A stretch of DNA of 32,000 nucleotides from Bellilinea caldifistulae (GCF_001306055.1 NZ_LGHJ01000013.1:1-32000); one strand, 5' to 3'. Positions 8,589-18,446 are shown, counted from the first letter of the stretch. Program-made: numbers and translations. The notes: a model not told the origin generated them from the letters alone.

Positions 8589-9875
8589 TTATTCCCCCAC
8601 ATCCAGGATTTCGCCGTGCATTCCCTCATCGGTCACTTGCACCAGCCTGACCCGGCTGATTTGATTCCAAAGCGGTTGGGGTGAGCAGGCCTCTACGCGG
8701 ATGTAATGATCCGTTAAGCCGTGCAACCGCCAGCCCTGTCTTCCCACCTCATCACAGGATTCCCACAACACGCCCGCCAGGCTCCCCAGGAACTTCTGAC
8801 GATAAGTCAGCGATGACTGGCGCAAAACCTCCCGCATTCGCGCATTCCGCTCACGGATTACGCTTCCATGGAGCGTACCCTTCATGCGGGCGGCTGCGGT
8901 TCCCTCCCGTTTGGAAAAAGAAAAGACATGCCCACCGGCAAAGTTCATCTGCTGCACAAAGGCCAGGCTCTCCTCAAATTCGCTTTCGCTTTCACCGGGA
9001 AAACCGACGATAATATCGGTGGTAATTGCCATTTCCGGGCAGATGGCACGGGCCGATTCAAGCAGGCAGGCAAAGGCTGTGGGCGTGGTCTTGCGAACCA
9101 TGCGCTTCAAGGTTGCCGCACTACCGGATTGTAGCGGTAAATGCAGATGGCGGCACATTCGCGGATTCTGCCACAAACGGAAAAACGCCTCGTCCAGATC
9201 CCACGGCTCAAGCGATGAAAGCCTGACACGCTCCACATCGGTATCCATCAGGATTGCTTCAATCAGATGACGCAGATGCAGTGGCATGGGAAAATCCTTT
9301 CCCCACGACCCCAGATGGACGCCGGAAAGGACGACCTCGCGTGCCCCACCGGACACAGCCGCTCTCACTTCGCCAACGACCTCGTTAATGGATTGGCTGC
9401 GTCCTTTTCCCCGAGCCAGACGCGTGATACAGAAGGTGCAAAAATTGTCACATCCATCCTGAACTTTGATAAAAGCCCGTGTACGCTGGTGCAGACCAGG
9501 CAAAGGCTGACGGGCAAGCGGTTCGAGATCAAACTCCTCAACCGGCATGCCCAACACGGTTGAAGTCAGGTGATGTTTTTCGGAATTGGGAATCACCCAA
9601 TCCACATTGGGTAATCGCCGGGCTGCTTCCGGTTCAAGGGTAGCCCAACAGCCGGTTACCGCAATGGAAGCCCCACCGGCTCTGGCAGCCTGGCGGATTT
9701 TTTGCCGCGAGTCGGAGGCTGCCGCGCTGGTCACTGTACAGGTATTGATCACCACCAGATCGGCTTCGGCAGCTGAATCAGCAATCAAATGACCGGCCGC
9801 CCGAAATTGACGGGCAAGCAATTCAATCTCGCTTTGATTTAAGCGACAGCCAACAGTGTCGAAATAGATGCGCAT
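8589..9875 (-). CDS. mtaB: Radical-SAM methylthiotransferase, MiaB/MtaB family (MtaB-like by size)
   Basis: 428 aa. N-terminal UPF0004 cysteines (GCRLN, NTCTVT, TGCW). Radical-SAM cluster motif CDNFCTFC. C-terminal TRAM-like segment. Confidence 0.7.
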   Translation of the reverse strand: MRIYFDTVGCRLNQSEIELLARQFRAAGHLIADSAAEADLVVINTCTVTSAAASDSRQKIRQAARAGGASIAVTGCWATLEPEAARRLPNVDWVIPNSEKHHLTSTVLGMPVEEFDLEPLARQPLPGLHQRTRAFIKVQDGCDNFCTFCITRLARGKGRSQSINEVVGEVRAAVSGGAREVVLSGVHLGSWGKDFPMPLHLRHLIEAILMDTDVERVRLSSLEPWDLDEAFFRLWQNPRMCRHLHLPLQSGSAATLKRMVRKTTPTAFACLLESARAICPEMAITTDIIVGFPGESESEFEESLAFVQQMNFAGGHVFSFSKREGTAAARMKGTLHGSVIRERNARMREVLRQSSLTYRQKFLGSLAGVLWESCDEVGRQGWRLHGLTDHYIRVEACSPQPLWNQISRVRLVQVTDEGMHGEILDVGE

Positions 9876-9879
9876 ACCT

Positions 9880-10545
9880 CTAAGGCTTAATCACATAAAA
9901 ATTGTCAAAATGAACCTCTACACCCGCTGTTTGATAAGCACCGGCCAGCAGCCCTACATCACCCATACTGAAATCTGCGTCTTCCACCTCGGCGAACTTT
10001 TGCTGATTGACAAACAGTGTCAGGCGTGAGCCCACGCAATCGGCGCGTAGCTGATTTCGGGCATATCCCTGCGTGATCATTTTACCAAATTCCAGCCCAT
10101 TTGGGCTGCTTAAAACCTGATAAAGACCATCTTTAACCTTGACAATTCCCCCGTAACCGTCGCTGCTGATCAGAAAGGCATAAAAATTATATTCATCCTG
10201 AAAACGACAAATCAGCCCAAAATCGTTATCGGTCGGCCCATTGATGAATTCAGCCTCAACAGCAAGGGTGACATCGGTAAAGTTTTTTCCCGCCAATGAC
10301 CAGTAATCATAATTAGGCTGATTGATCAGAAAAGCAAGCACGCCATTTTGATAATGAATGACGGCTTCTGGAGAACTCCACTGCCGCCAGCCGCTGGCCG
10401 AATCCGAAAAATCATCATACAACAGGATACTGCCCGCATCCTTTGCTGCCAGAGCCGAGGACTCGATCTGCTTGATCAGATTACACCCACTCAGGGAAAT
10501 GAAAATCCCAATTAAAATCAAACCATTGCGTAAAACCTTTAACAT
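9880..10545 (-). CDS. Predicted lipoprotein, all-beta (ConA/LamG-like?) domain, function unknown
   Basis: 221 aa. Signal peptide with lipobox LSGC (Cys21). AGGAGG SD 8 nt upstream of the ATG. Ends 4 nt before the mtaB start. Confidence 0.6.
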   Translation of the reverse strand: MLKVLRNGLILIGIFISLSGCNLIKQIESSALAAKDAGSILLYDDFSDSASGWRQWSSPEAVIHYQNGVLAFLINQPNYDYWSLAGKNFTDVTLAVEAEFINGPTDNDFGLICRFQDEYNFYAFLISSDGYGGIVKVKDGLYQVLSSPNGLEFGKMITQGYARNQLRADCVGSRLTLFVNQQKFAEVEDADFSMGDVGLLAGAYQTAGVEVHFDNFYVIKP

Positions 10546-10604
10546 CGGATCAACCTCCTGCGGCTGATGTACGGCAGTCCTCTGCCGTGAGGTAGATGTC
10601 TATC

Positions 10605-12059
10605 CTAAGGTTGAATGGCTTCAGCCGGAAAATAACGCTGCAACAATCTTTGGGCAGTCAGAGCAATCCCTTCATCCTGCGATTCGGCAGCCTTTTTGAG
10701 GGGTTGAAAAGCCTGACTGGTTCTGCCCATTTCGAGATAGACCTGTCCAAGATGAAGCCAAGCGGGAGCATAGGAATCATCTACTTTCAATGCCTGTTGC
10801 AAGAACTGTTCCGCTTCTTTCCATTCACCCAATTGCAGATAAACAAAACCAGCCGTATCCAGTGAGGCGGGGTTGCTGCCGTCCAGATCTAAAGCCCGTT
10901 GGGCAGCCGGCAAGGTATAGGCTTGCGGGTCAAAGCCATTCGAGGCAGAAAACATCGCCAGCGACCTCCACAGTTCGGCATTTTCCGGCTCAATTTCCAC
11001 CGCCCGCCGATATGCGTGGAGCGCCTCGATCAAATCTCCACTCTGAGCCAGCGCAGCCCCAATTTCGACTTGCCAGCGCCCTTCATCGGGATGTTTTTCT
11101 GCCAGCGTTCGTAAATAGCCCAACGCCACCAAAGGCTGATCCTGACGCCGCCAATAGAGCGCCATGGCGGTTTGGACAATATCCGAAACCGGGTTGAGTT
11201 CAAACGCCCGCCGCAAAGCCGTGTAGCCGTCCTTTCCCAAATTTTGACGGGCTTCTGCCAGTAAGGCCCATCCTTCGGCATAATCCGGGAATAAACTGAC
11301 GGCTTCTAAAAATGCCTGCTCGGCAACGTACCAGTAACCCAGCTCCCCTAATCTTTGACCAATGACCAGCCGTTGGTAGGCCGGGTCGGGGTTTTCCTGC
11401 GCCGTTTCCAAAGCCTCTAACAAGCGGCCGACCTGGCGCGCCAGTGCGCCGCGACCGGCACTCAATGGGGTCAGCCGGCGGATGGCCTCATCCGGGTTTT
11501 GAAAAGACTGGAACACCGCCGCCATCCAGACTGCCTCGGAATTTTCGGGCTGGACAAGCGCCCAACGTTGAGCGGCTTGATTTGCCAGATCCCAGCGATT
11601 GGCTTTCTCAAAGAGATCAATCAATCGGCGAAAATGATCCGGGGCTAAATCCTCTTTGTCCAGCAGAACAAGCCCGTATTCCACCGCAAGGTGGGGGCGC
11701 CCCAATTCAAAAAGAACCTGAGTCAATGAAAACAAACCTTTTTCGGAAATCGCGCCTGATTCCCACGCCCGCTGAAAATCGGCTGCTGCCTGGGGTAAGT
11801 TCCCTGCCTCCAGTTCGTGAAAGGCCAGCCGCTCCCACATCTCCACGCGGTCTGGGTAATAATCCAACAATATCCGCAAATTCATGGCAGCCTTCTCGTG
11901 GTTATTCAAAACCTCCGCCTGATACAAGTGCGTGATGATTGTCAGTTCCCGAAGAGGACGTGGTGAAAGGGGCAAAATGGCAAGAAAGACCAGCGGGAGA
12001 ATAATCATCACCGCCAACAAAAACTGGCGTTTCAGGCTTTGAAGATTCGGCTTCACCAT
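10605..12059 (-). CDS. Membrane-anchored tetratricopeptide (TPR) repeat protein
   Basis: 484 aa. One N-terminal hydrophobic helix (LLAVMIILPLVFLAILPL) followed by many degenerate 34-residue A/L/Y/W-rich repeats (e.g. ...AWLHLGQVYLEMGRTSQAFQPLKKAAE...). Confidence 0.8.
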   Translation of the reverse strand: MVKPNLQSLKRQFLLAVMIILPLVFLAILPLSPRPLRELTIITHLYQAEVLNNHEKAAMNLRILLDYYPDRVEMWERLAFHELEAGNLPQAAADFQRAWESGAISEKGLFSLTQVLFELGRPHLAVEYGLVLLDKEDLAPDHFRRLIDLFEKANRWDLANQAAQRWALVQPENSEAVWMAAVFQSFQNPDEAIRRLTPLSAGRGALARQVGRLLEALETAQENPDPAYQRLVIGQRLGELGYWYVAEQAFLEAVSLFPDYAEGWALLAEARQNLGKDGYTALRRAFELNPVSDIVQTAMALYWRRQDQPLVALGYLRTLAEKHPDEGRWQVEIGAALAQSGDLIEALHAYRRAVEIEPENAELWRSLAMFSASNGFDPQAYTLPAAQRALDLDGSNPASLDTAGFVYLQLGEWKEAEQFLQQALKVDDSYAPAWLHLGQVYLEMGRTSQAFQPLKKAAESQDEGIALTAQRLLQRYFPAEAIQP

Positions 12060-12249
12060 CTCAAACCCATTAGACCCTGCAAAAGTTCAAGTCAGGATTA
12101 TTATCCCCCAGCCCATGCGTTTGTGCAATACACCGGGGGTTCATTCGGAATCGTCAAACAAGGGCGAGAGAAGGTCTCTTCAAACAGGTAAAATTGTGTC
12201 TTTCTGACTTGAAACAGGCTCATTCAAAAAAATTCTAAACCAATCTGAC

Positions 12250-12278
12250 TTGACATCAAAAATAAGGCGTGATACATT
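12250..12278 (+). promoter_or_regulatory. Candidate sigma-70-type promoter of csp (TTGACA-N17-TACATT)
   Basis: TTGACA at 12250-12255 and TACATT at 12273-12278 with a 17-nt spacer. This would give a ~60-nt leader before ATG 12345. Confidence 0.4.
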
Positions 12279-12344
12279 TGTCATACATGGTCAAGCGGCT
12301 CATGGAGCCAGACCTGAAATTTCTCAAAATGTATGGAGTAAAGC

Positions 12345-12557
12345 ATGTCAGAACGTTTCACCGGGACCGTCAAGTGGTTCAACCCCGCCAAGGGGTACGG
12401 CTTTATCGGCCGTGACAATGGAGAAGATGTCTTCGTACATTTCTCCGCAATCGATATGCAGGGCTACAAGCAGTTGAAGGAAGGCCAGAAAGTGGAGTTT
12501 TCTATCGAAAAAGGTCCCAAAGGTCTCCAAGCCGCGCAAGTTGTCCCACTGCAATAA
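12345..12557 (+). CDS. csp: Cold-shock protein, CspA family
   Basis: 70 aa. RNP1/RNP2 motifs KGYGFI and VFVHFS. GGAG SD 7 nt upstream. Confidence 0.95.
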   Translation: MSERFTGTVKWFNPAKGYGFIGRDNGEDVFVHFSAIDMQGYKQLKEGQKVEFSIEKGPKGLQAAQVVPLQ

Positions 12558-12585
12558 CCCCAATCCAATTCATCCAATCGTCATA

Positions 12586-12615
12586 CAGAGCCGCTTAAAG
12601 CGGCTCTGTTGTTTG
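12586..12615 (+). terminator. Rho-independent terminator of csp
   Basis: Perfect stem CAGAGCCGC(T)/(A)GCGGCTCTG at 12586-12608, followed by TTGTTTG. Confidence 0.8.
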
Positions 12616-12617
12616 TC

Positions 12618-13265
12618 TCAACGCCCGGCGCCAAATACATAACCAACCACTTTGGCCAATTCCAGCAAAGTTACCTCCCAACCTTGCCGGCTGAACATCC
12701 ATGTTGCCGCCTGATACCAGTGTCCCTGTACCGCGTGAATTTGCACCTTGACCGGACTTCCCCGAAATGTATCGTGGAAGATCAGCCGTGTGCGAAAGGT
12801 ATGGTAAGGATCCGTTACCACCACACAGGAAGGATGCCCCCAGTATTCCATGTATTCCCGCACGCTTTTGGCTTCCTCCACCGTTGAACGGGACACTTCA
12901 GGAATGATGCGGATGTGGTCCATCGGGACACCCATCGCCGAGAGATTGTTGCGCACCAGCAGACTGTAGCGAGTGCCAATATCATTAATTGTGTCACCGG
13001 TCTCCGTAATCAAAATAATTCGGGAAGGTTCAGCCCTGTAAAGTTTTACGGCCTCCTCCCAGCGCTGGCGATCTCCACCACTCAACAAGACAACCATTCC
13101 GGCATCCTTCAAAGAATCCGAAGTGATCAATAACGCTCCCACAGCATACAACACTCCATAGATCACAATCGGGAGCAAAAGCAGCAAACTGAACACCCCC
13201 ATCCCCCTCATGAAACAGCCTCCACACCCCCTGCTGTGATTTGGGGTTTGAGTGGTTCGAGTCAT
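12618..13265 (-). CDS. DUF218 (YdcF/SanA-like) membrane-anchored protein
   Basis: 215 aa. N-terminal TM helix. ...VVLLSGGDRQRWEEAVKLY...IILITE...SRSTVEEA...VVVTDPYHTFR... matches the DUF218 pattern. The ATG lies 1 nt after the upstream stop (TGAtATG), with an AGAGAGGA SD. Confidence 0.7.
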   Translation of the reverse strand: MTRTTQTPNHSRGCGGCFMRGMGVFSLLLLLPIVIYGVLYAVGALLITSDSLKDAGMVVLLSGGDRQRWEEAVKLYRAEPSRIILITETGDTINDIGTRYSLLVRNNLSAMGVPMDHIRIIPEVSRSTVEEAKSVREYMEYWGHPSCVVVTDPYHTFRTRLIFHDTFRGSPVKVQIHAVQGHWYQAATWMFSRQGWEVTLLELAKVVGYVFGAGR

Positions 13266-13266
13266 A

Positions 13267-14433
13267 TCATCCTCTCTGATGTTTCTCCCATGCCATAATC
13301 ATCCGATGGATGCCTTCCTGTAACAAGCTGCGTGGGCAGCCGAAATTCAACCGGACATGACCCTCGCCACCGCCTCCAAACGCACGTCCATCGTTCAACC
13401 CCACCTTTGCCTCTTGGAGGAAAAAAGTAAACGGGTCTTCTCCAATCGTGGTCCGGGTGAAATCCAGCCACGCCAGATAAGTCCCCTCCGGTAAAGGCAA
13501 GTGAACCCCCTGCATACATTCCTGCACGGTTTGATATAACCAATCCCGGTTGGAGCGCAGGTACACCATCAACTGATCCAGCCAATCTTCCCCATGCTGA
13601 TAAGCAGCTCTTGCCGCCGTCATTCCCATCAGATTCACTCCTTCCACTAACCCGCGTCGGGCTTGATGAATTTTTTGCCTCACCTGCGGATCCGGAACGA
13701 CTGCAAAAGAAAACTCCAGCCCTGGGATATTAAACGTCTTGCTCGGCGCCATCAGCGTGACCGTTTTTTTTGCAATTTCGGCATCCAGTGAAGCAATCGG
13801 AATGTGCTGGTTGCCGTCATACACCAGATCACAGTGAATCTCATCCGAGCAAATCATGACGTCCCGCCGCAGGCACTGCTCGGCCATCTGCTCCAATTCA
13901 GCGCGTGAAAAAACCCGCCCAACTGGATTATGCGGATTGCATAACAGGAACATGCCGGCATTTTGATCGAGGCAATGTTCAAAGGAATCCCAATCCACCT
14001 CATAATGGTGATCCCATCTCACTGCCAGTTTGGACGAAAGCAGCGGAACACCTGCATTTTGCCCGACGCTCAAAAACGGCGGATATACCGGCGTCTGGAT
14101 GACCACACCGCGCTGTTCGGTACACAGTGCCTGGGTTACGAGATTGAAGGCAACCACCACCCCCGGCAGAAAAATCAAATCTTCTGCCTTGACTTTCCAA
14201 CCATGTCGTTTTTCCAACCAGGCTAAAATAGCCTCTCTCAATTCCTTTAATTCCGCCGCATATCCAAAAACCCCATGCGAAACCCGCTGATGGAGCGCTT
14301 CAATGATGGCGGGGGCAGCCGCAAAATCCATGTCTGCGACCCACATGGGCAGGACATCCTCCGCAAAGTAATGCCATTTGATGCTGTCGGAATTTCGGCG
14401 GTCAACCACCTGGTCGAAATCATAAACCTGCAT
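13267..14433 (-). CDS. PLP-dependent class I/II aminotransferase, PatB/MalY-type C-S lyase
   Basis: 388 aa from the internal ATG at 14431-14433 (MQVYDFDQVVDRRNSDSIKWHYF..., the typical MalY/PatB N-terminus). AAGGA SD 7 nt upstream. A TCGACA-N17-TATAAT promoter lies inside the longer ORF-track extension. ...SKTFNIPGL... carries the PLP-lysine block. Confidence 0.8.
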   Translation of the reverse strand: MQVYDFDQVVDRRNSDSIKWHYFAEDVLPMWVADMDFAAAPAIIEALHQRVSHGVFGYAAELKELREAILAWLEKRHGWKVKAEDLIFLPGVVVAFNLVTQALCTEQRGVVIQTPVYPPFLSVGQNAGVPLLSSKLAVRWDHHYEVDWDSFEHCLDQNAGMFLLCNPHNPVGRVFSRAELEQMAEQCLRRDVMICSDEIHCDLVYDGNQHIPIASLDAEIAKKTVTLMAPSKTFNIPGLEFSFAVVPDPQVRQKIHQARRGLVEGVNLMGMTAARAAYQHGEDWLDQLMVYLRSNRDWLYQTVQECMQGVHLPLPEGTYLAWLDFTRTTIGEDPFTFFLQEAKVGLNDGRAFGGGGEGHVRLNFGCPRSLLQEGIHRMIMAWEKHQRG

Positions 14434-14481
14434 CCGCAAATCCTTCTTGAGGGAATTGGTGTTTTCCTGAAAACGCTGAGG

Positions 14482-14510
14482 ATTATAATGCCCAATCTCG
14501 TTCCTGTCGA
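14482..14510 (-). promoter_or_regulatory. Candidate promoter of the aminotransferase-DUF218 operon (TCGACA-N17-TATAAT)
   Basis: On the minus strand, -35 TCGACA is at 14510-14505 and a perfect -10 TATAAT is at 14487-14482, with a 17-nt spacer, about 50 nt upstream of ATG 14433. Confidence 0.5.
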
Positions 14511-14703
14511 ACAATCCCGAAAAATTTAGCCAGTCAATCTTTACCAAAACATGTCTTTCAAGCCACCTAAATGGAATTTTTTGGACAATTCCTGACTTTC
14601 CAAACGTTATTCTAATTGCATGGGTTAACCCGAACAGGAATCCAACAACGCTCAGCCCGAACTGCAACGGTCAAAATCTGATATACTCGCTTGCATAACG
14701 ACT

Positions 14704-15648
14704 ATGGCAATTCAAAACAAACTGCAATTCACGTACTTAATCCTGACATCCCCGGAATGGAAAGATTACGAGCTGGTGGACAGCGGAAACGGCTGGAAGC
14801 TGGAGCGCTTTGGTCAATACCTGCTGGTGAGACCGGAAGCCGAAGCCGTCTGGGCGCCTGCTCTGCCGGAAAACAAATGGGCAGCAGCTCATGCCCGTTT
14901 TGTGCCAACACCGGAAGAAAACGGTGGACATTGGCAACACCACAAACCCATCCCGGAACGATGGATCATGCACTATAAGAACCTGTCCTTTTTCATCCAA
15001 ACAACCGCTTCCCGGCATGTGGGGGTTTTCCCCGAACAGGCCTGTCAATGGGATTGGATCGCTGAACAAATCACTAAAGCTGGTCGCTCAGCCAGGGTTT
15101 TGAATCTTTTTGGTTATACCGGACTGGCGAGTCTGGCTGCCGCCCAAAGCGGTGCGCAGGTAACCCACGTGGATGCTTCTCGAAAGGTCATCAACTGGGC
15201 GCGAGAAAATCAAACCCTCTCCGGCCTGGAAACTGCTCCAATCCGCTGGATTTTGGATGACGCGATTAAGTTCGTTCAGCGGGAAGGCCGCCGGGGGGTA
15301 AAATACGATGGTTTGATTCTGGATCCACCAAAATTCGGGCGCGGCCCCAAAGGGGAAGTGTGGGAATTTTTCCGTTTATTACCCAATTTACTGGATGCTT
15401 GCAAAAAAGTTCTTTCACCAAATCCGCTTTTTGTCGTACTTACGGCTTACGCCGTCAAGGCCTCAGCTTTGACTCTTCACTATGCCCTGCAGGAAATGCT
15501 CACACAATCGGATGGTGAGTGGAGTTTTGGTGAAGTGGCTTTGATGGAAAAGAGTGCCGGCAGGTTCCTTTCCATGGCGATTTTTGCCCGCTGGTCACGG
15601 TTTAAATCCCCTGAATCCCGAACACAAGAAGGTGGAATTAGAACATGA
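14704..15648 (+). CDS. Class I SAM-dependent methyltransferase (RlmI/RlmK-like)
   Basis: 314 aa. SAM motif I VLNLFGYTGLASLAAA. Acidic VTHVDAS. Catalytic-type LILDPPKFGRG block. Confidence 0.75.
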   Translation: MAIQNKLQFTYLILTSPEWKDYELVDSGNGWKLERFGQYLLVRPEAEAVWAPALPENKWAAAHARFVPTPEENGGHWQHHKPIPERWIMHYKNLSFFIQTTASRHVGVFPEQACQWDWIAEQITKAGRSARVLNLFGYTGLASLAAAQSGAQVTHVDASRKVINWARENQTLSGLETAPIRWILDDAIKFVQREGRRGVKYDGLILDPPKFGRGPKGEVWEFFRLLPNLLDACKKVLSPNPLFVVLTAYAVKASALTLHYALQEMLTQSDGEWSFGEVALMEKSAGRFLSMAIFARWSRFKSPESRTQEGGIRT

Positions 15649-16493
15649 TGAGCTCACAAAATCTTTCAATCATCGGGCCGGGTGTAATGGCAGAAGCCAT
15701 CATCGCTGGCTTGATTCGTAATCAAGTGCTGCCAGCCCAAAAAATCATTGCAGCCGGGCCGCGTCCAGAGCGCGGCAGCGAATTGGTTGAACGCTACGGC
15801 ATCCGTTTTACTGCCGATAACGCCGAAGCGGTTAGCGCCGCTGACATTGTCATACTGGCGGTCAAGCCACAAAAATTACGCACCGTGCTGGCTGGGCTGC
15901 GGGGAAAAATTGCCCCTCATGCGGTGGTTTTATCCATCATTGCTGGTGCCTCTATTCAAAGCATCAGCAGCGGACTGGAACACCCCGCCGTTATCCGGGC
16001 GATGCCAAACACACCGGCTCAAATTGGGCAGGGAATTACGGTTTGGACTTCCTCTCTCGCCGTAACTGAAGCCCAACTAGAGGCAGCCCGGTTGATTTTA
16101 TCGGCGCTTGGGCAGGAAATCTACGTTGAGGAAGAAAATTATCTGGATATGGCTACTGCTCTTTCCGGCACCGGTCCGGCCTACGTTTTTCTTTTCATGG
16201 AAGCGCTGATTGACGCCGGGGTTCATCTGGGTTTTCCCCGCCGGATTGCCGAACAACTGGTCACGCAAACGATTCGTGGTTCGGTGGAGTATTATGCCCT
16301 CAAAAAGGATCATCCGGCACATTTACGCAATCAAGTCACCTCACCGGGTGGGACATCTGCCGCAGCTCTGTATTATCTGGAAAAAGCCGGCTTCAGAACA
16401 GCACTCAGCCGGGCAATTTGGGCGGCTTACGAGCGCTCTCAAGAATTGGGACGGGGTAAAAACAGCCAGCCACCGGAAAAAAACTCGGACTAG
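15645..16493 (+). CDS. proC: Pyrroline-5-carboxylate reductase
   Basis: 282 aa. IIGPGVMAEAI Rossmann motif. ...RAMPNTPAQIGQG... and C-terminal ...VTSPGGTSAAAL... signature. ATGA start/stop overlap with the upstream gene. Confidence 0.9.
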   Translation: MMSSQNLSIIGPGVMAEAIIAGLIRNQVLPAQKIIAAGPRPERGSELVERYGIRFTADNAEAVSAADIVILAVKPQKLRTVLAGLRGKIAPHAVVLSIIAGASIQSISSGLEHPAVIRAMPNTPAQIGQGITVWTSSLAVTEAQLEAARLILSALGQEIYVEEENYLDMATALSGTGPAYVFLFMEALIDAGVHLGFPRRIAEQLVTQTIRGSVEYYALKKDHPAHLRNQVTSPGGTSAAALYYLEKAGFRTALSRAIWAAYERSQELGRGKNSQPPEKNSD

Positions 16494-16549
16494 CCGGTTA
16501 CGCAACTTTTTTGGGCTGCTGATCGTAGATACCTGTGGAGGAAATCACA

Positions 16550-17404
16550 ATGGACAAGTTGGGCAATAGTTGGGAGTTGGTCAAAGCGAGTTTTCGAGTC
16601 CTTTCAGCCGATAAAGAACTGGTCGTTTTTCCAATCGTATCGGCTATCGGCACCTTAATTGTTACACTCACTTTTGCACTGCCCCTGTTTTTGAGTGGAC
16701 TGGTAGACAGCCTGTTTTCCGAAAGGATCCAGGTTGCCGGGTTCGTGGTCATTTTCCTTTTTTACATCGTGCAATATACTGTCATCTTCTTTGCCAACAC
16801 CGCCCTGGTCGGTGCAGCCATCATCCGTTTGAGAGGCGGTGACCCCACAGTTGCACAGGGTTTTCAAATTGCTTTCAGCCGGATTGTGAACATCATCGGT
16901 TACGCCATCATCGCAGCCACGGTAGGTATGCTACTAAGGGCTGTTTCCGAACGCAGCCGCGGTTTGGGCAGAATGGTTATCTCTTTAATTGGCTTTGCAT
17001 GGAATATCGCCACTTTTCTGGTGGTACCGGTGCTTGCGGTTGAAGGGGTTGGCCCCATTGAGGCTATCAAACGCAGTGTTTCTTTATTGCGCAAAACGTG
17101 GGGGGAACAAATAGCCGGAAATGTCGGTATTGGGACGGTTTTCGGGCTGATTTCCTTCGGAATTGTGATTTTCGGGATGATCTTTTCCGGTGTGGCTTTC
17201 ATCGTCCTGGAATCCGCGCCTCTGGCTATTGCAATCTTTGTTTTGATAGTCATTGCTCTCATCCTGATCGGGTTGATCAATTCCACCTTAAGCGGAATTT
17301 ATGCCGCTGCTGTTTACCAGTACGCTGAAACCGGCCACACCGGCGGTTTCTTTGATGACAGCATGGTTCAAAGAACCTTTACCTCAAAAGCTACTTCGTT
17401 CTAA
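16550..17404 (+). CDS. Polytopic membrane protein of unknown function
   Basis: I chose ATG 16550 (MDKLGNSWELVKASF...) over the ORF-track GTG 16535 because GGAGGA sits 7 nt upstream of it. About 6 hydrophobic helices. Confidence 0.65.
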   Translation: MDKLGNSWELVKASFRVLSADKELVVFPIVSAIGTLIVTLTFALPLFLSGLVDSLFSERIQVAGFVVIFLFYIVQYTVIFFANTALVGAAIIRLRGGDPTVAQGFQIAFSRIVNIIGYAIIAATVGMLLRAVSERSRGLGRMVISLIGFAWNIATFLVVPVLAVEGVGPIEAIKRSVSLLRKTWGEQIAGNVGIGTVFGLISFGIVIFGMIFSGVAFIVLESAPLAIAIFVLIVIALILIGLINSTLSGIYAAAVYQYAETGHTGGFFDDSMVQRTFTSKATSF

Positions 17405-17418
17405 TCGGTTGATAGGCG

Positions 17419-17458
17419 AAAAAACGGATCTTCCCAAAAGCAGGGAAGATCCGTTTGG
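17419..17458. terminator. Bidirectional intrinsic terminator between convergent genes
   Basis: A 12-bp perfect stem, ACGGATCTTCCC (17424-17435) / GGGAAGATCCGT (17443-17454), with a 7-nt loop. It is flanked by an A6 run upstream (a U-tract for the minus-strand transcript) and TTT downstream. Confidence 0.8.
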
Positions 17459-17459
17459 A

Positions 17460-18446
17460 TTAAATTCCCAGCCCACGTTGATAAATCAGCATCATCCCAA
17501 GGATAAAGGTCAAAATCAAGACCGCCGCATCCAGTTCCAGAAAAGCCAACGCCCGCCGGCGAATGATGGATTGGTTGCCAATTAACGCCATTGTATTCAT
17601 AATCAACCCCAAAAAGCCCACCAGTACAAATTCCGGCGAAATACTACCAATAAACCGCCCTTTGGTGAACAGAAAATCCACCAATCCCAGCGCAAACATA
17701 TTGAACATATTGCTGCCAAACAAATTTCCAATCGCCAGATCGTAGACTTTCATGCGTACAGCCGCAATGGTGGCTACCAGTTCGGGCATGGTGGATACGA
17801 ACGCCAGCAAAGCCACCCCCACAAAACCCTCACCCAAGCCGGTCAGGTTGGCAATGTCGTTGGCTACGCGAACAAGCCAGGGCATCACCAGTACCAGTAC
17901 CAGCGCCGCGCCACCAAACCATAATAAGGCCGTTTTCAATGGGGGTAATCCTTCGTCGTCCTCATTGCGCTCTTCTTCGCTGATCGTGGTCGAGGTACGC
18001 AATAGCCGAACCAGGATCAGATAAGAGGCAATCAACAGCAAACTATCAACCCCCACCCAGCCAATTTTGATATCCAGATTTACATAGACAAAAAAAGTAG
18101 CCAGCAAAATCATCAAAATTGCCCCGCCGCCGGTCAAACCATGCCGGCGCACCACTACCCGCAAGGCTCGTTCTCTCCACCCCAAAATGCTGATAAATGC
18201 CAGCAAGAGCATATTGTACATATTGGCGCCAAAGATATTTCCTCCCGAAAGGTCGGGGATGCCTAAACGGATCGAATTGATGGCGGTCAGGAACTCGGGC
18301 AGTGAAGTAGCCGAAGCCATCAAGATCACACCGATGAATGCTCTTCCCAAGCCAGTGCGGATTGCAATAATGTCGCCGTATTCGGCCAGTTTCACCGCTG
18401 CGAGCACCACCAGAGCCGCACTAATAATAAATTCAATCCAGATCAT
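17460..18446 (-). CDS. Ca2+/cation antiporter (CaCA family, YrbG-like sodium/calcium exchanger membrane protein)
   Basis: 328 aa, about 10 TM helices. Two alpha-repeat signatures: GNIFGANMYNM and GNLFGSNMFNM. Confidence 0.85.
   Translation of the reverse strand: MIWIEFIISAALVVLAAVKLAEYGDIIAIRTGLGRAFIGVILMASATSLPEFLTAINSIRLGIPDLSGGNIFGANMYNMLLLAFISILGWRERALRVVVRRHGLTGGGAILMILLATFFVYVNLDIKIGWVGVDSLLLIASYLILVRLLRTSTTISEEERNEDDEGLPPLKTALLWFGGAALVLVLVMPWLVRVANDIANLTGLGEGFVGVALLAFVSTMPELVATIAAVRMKVYDLAIGNLFGSNMFNMFALGLVDFLFTKGRFIGSISPEFVLVGFLGLIMNTMALIGNQSIIRRRALAFLELDAAVLILTFILGMMLIYQRGLGI

Noticed and set aside
14434-14667. A 78-codon N-terminal extension of the aminotransferase ORF, giving the ORF-track start at 14667.
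   Set aside because: The MalY/PatB-type N-terminus begins at the internal Met (14433), which has an AAGGA SD. A near-consensus promoter (TCGACA-N17-TATAAT, 14482-14510) lies inside the extension.
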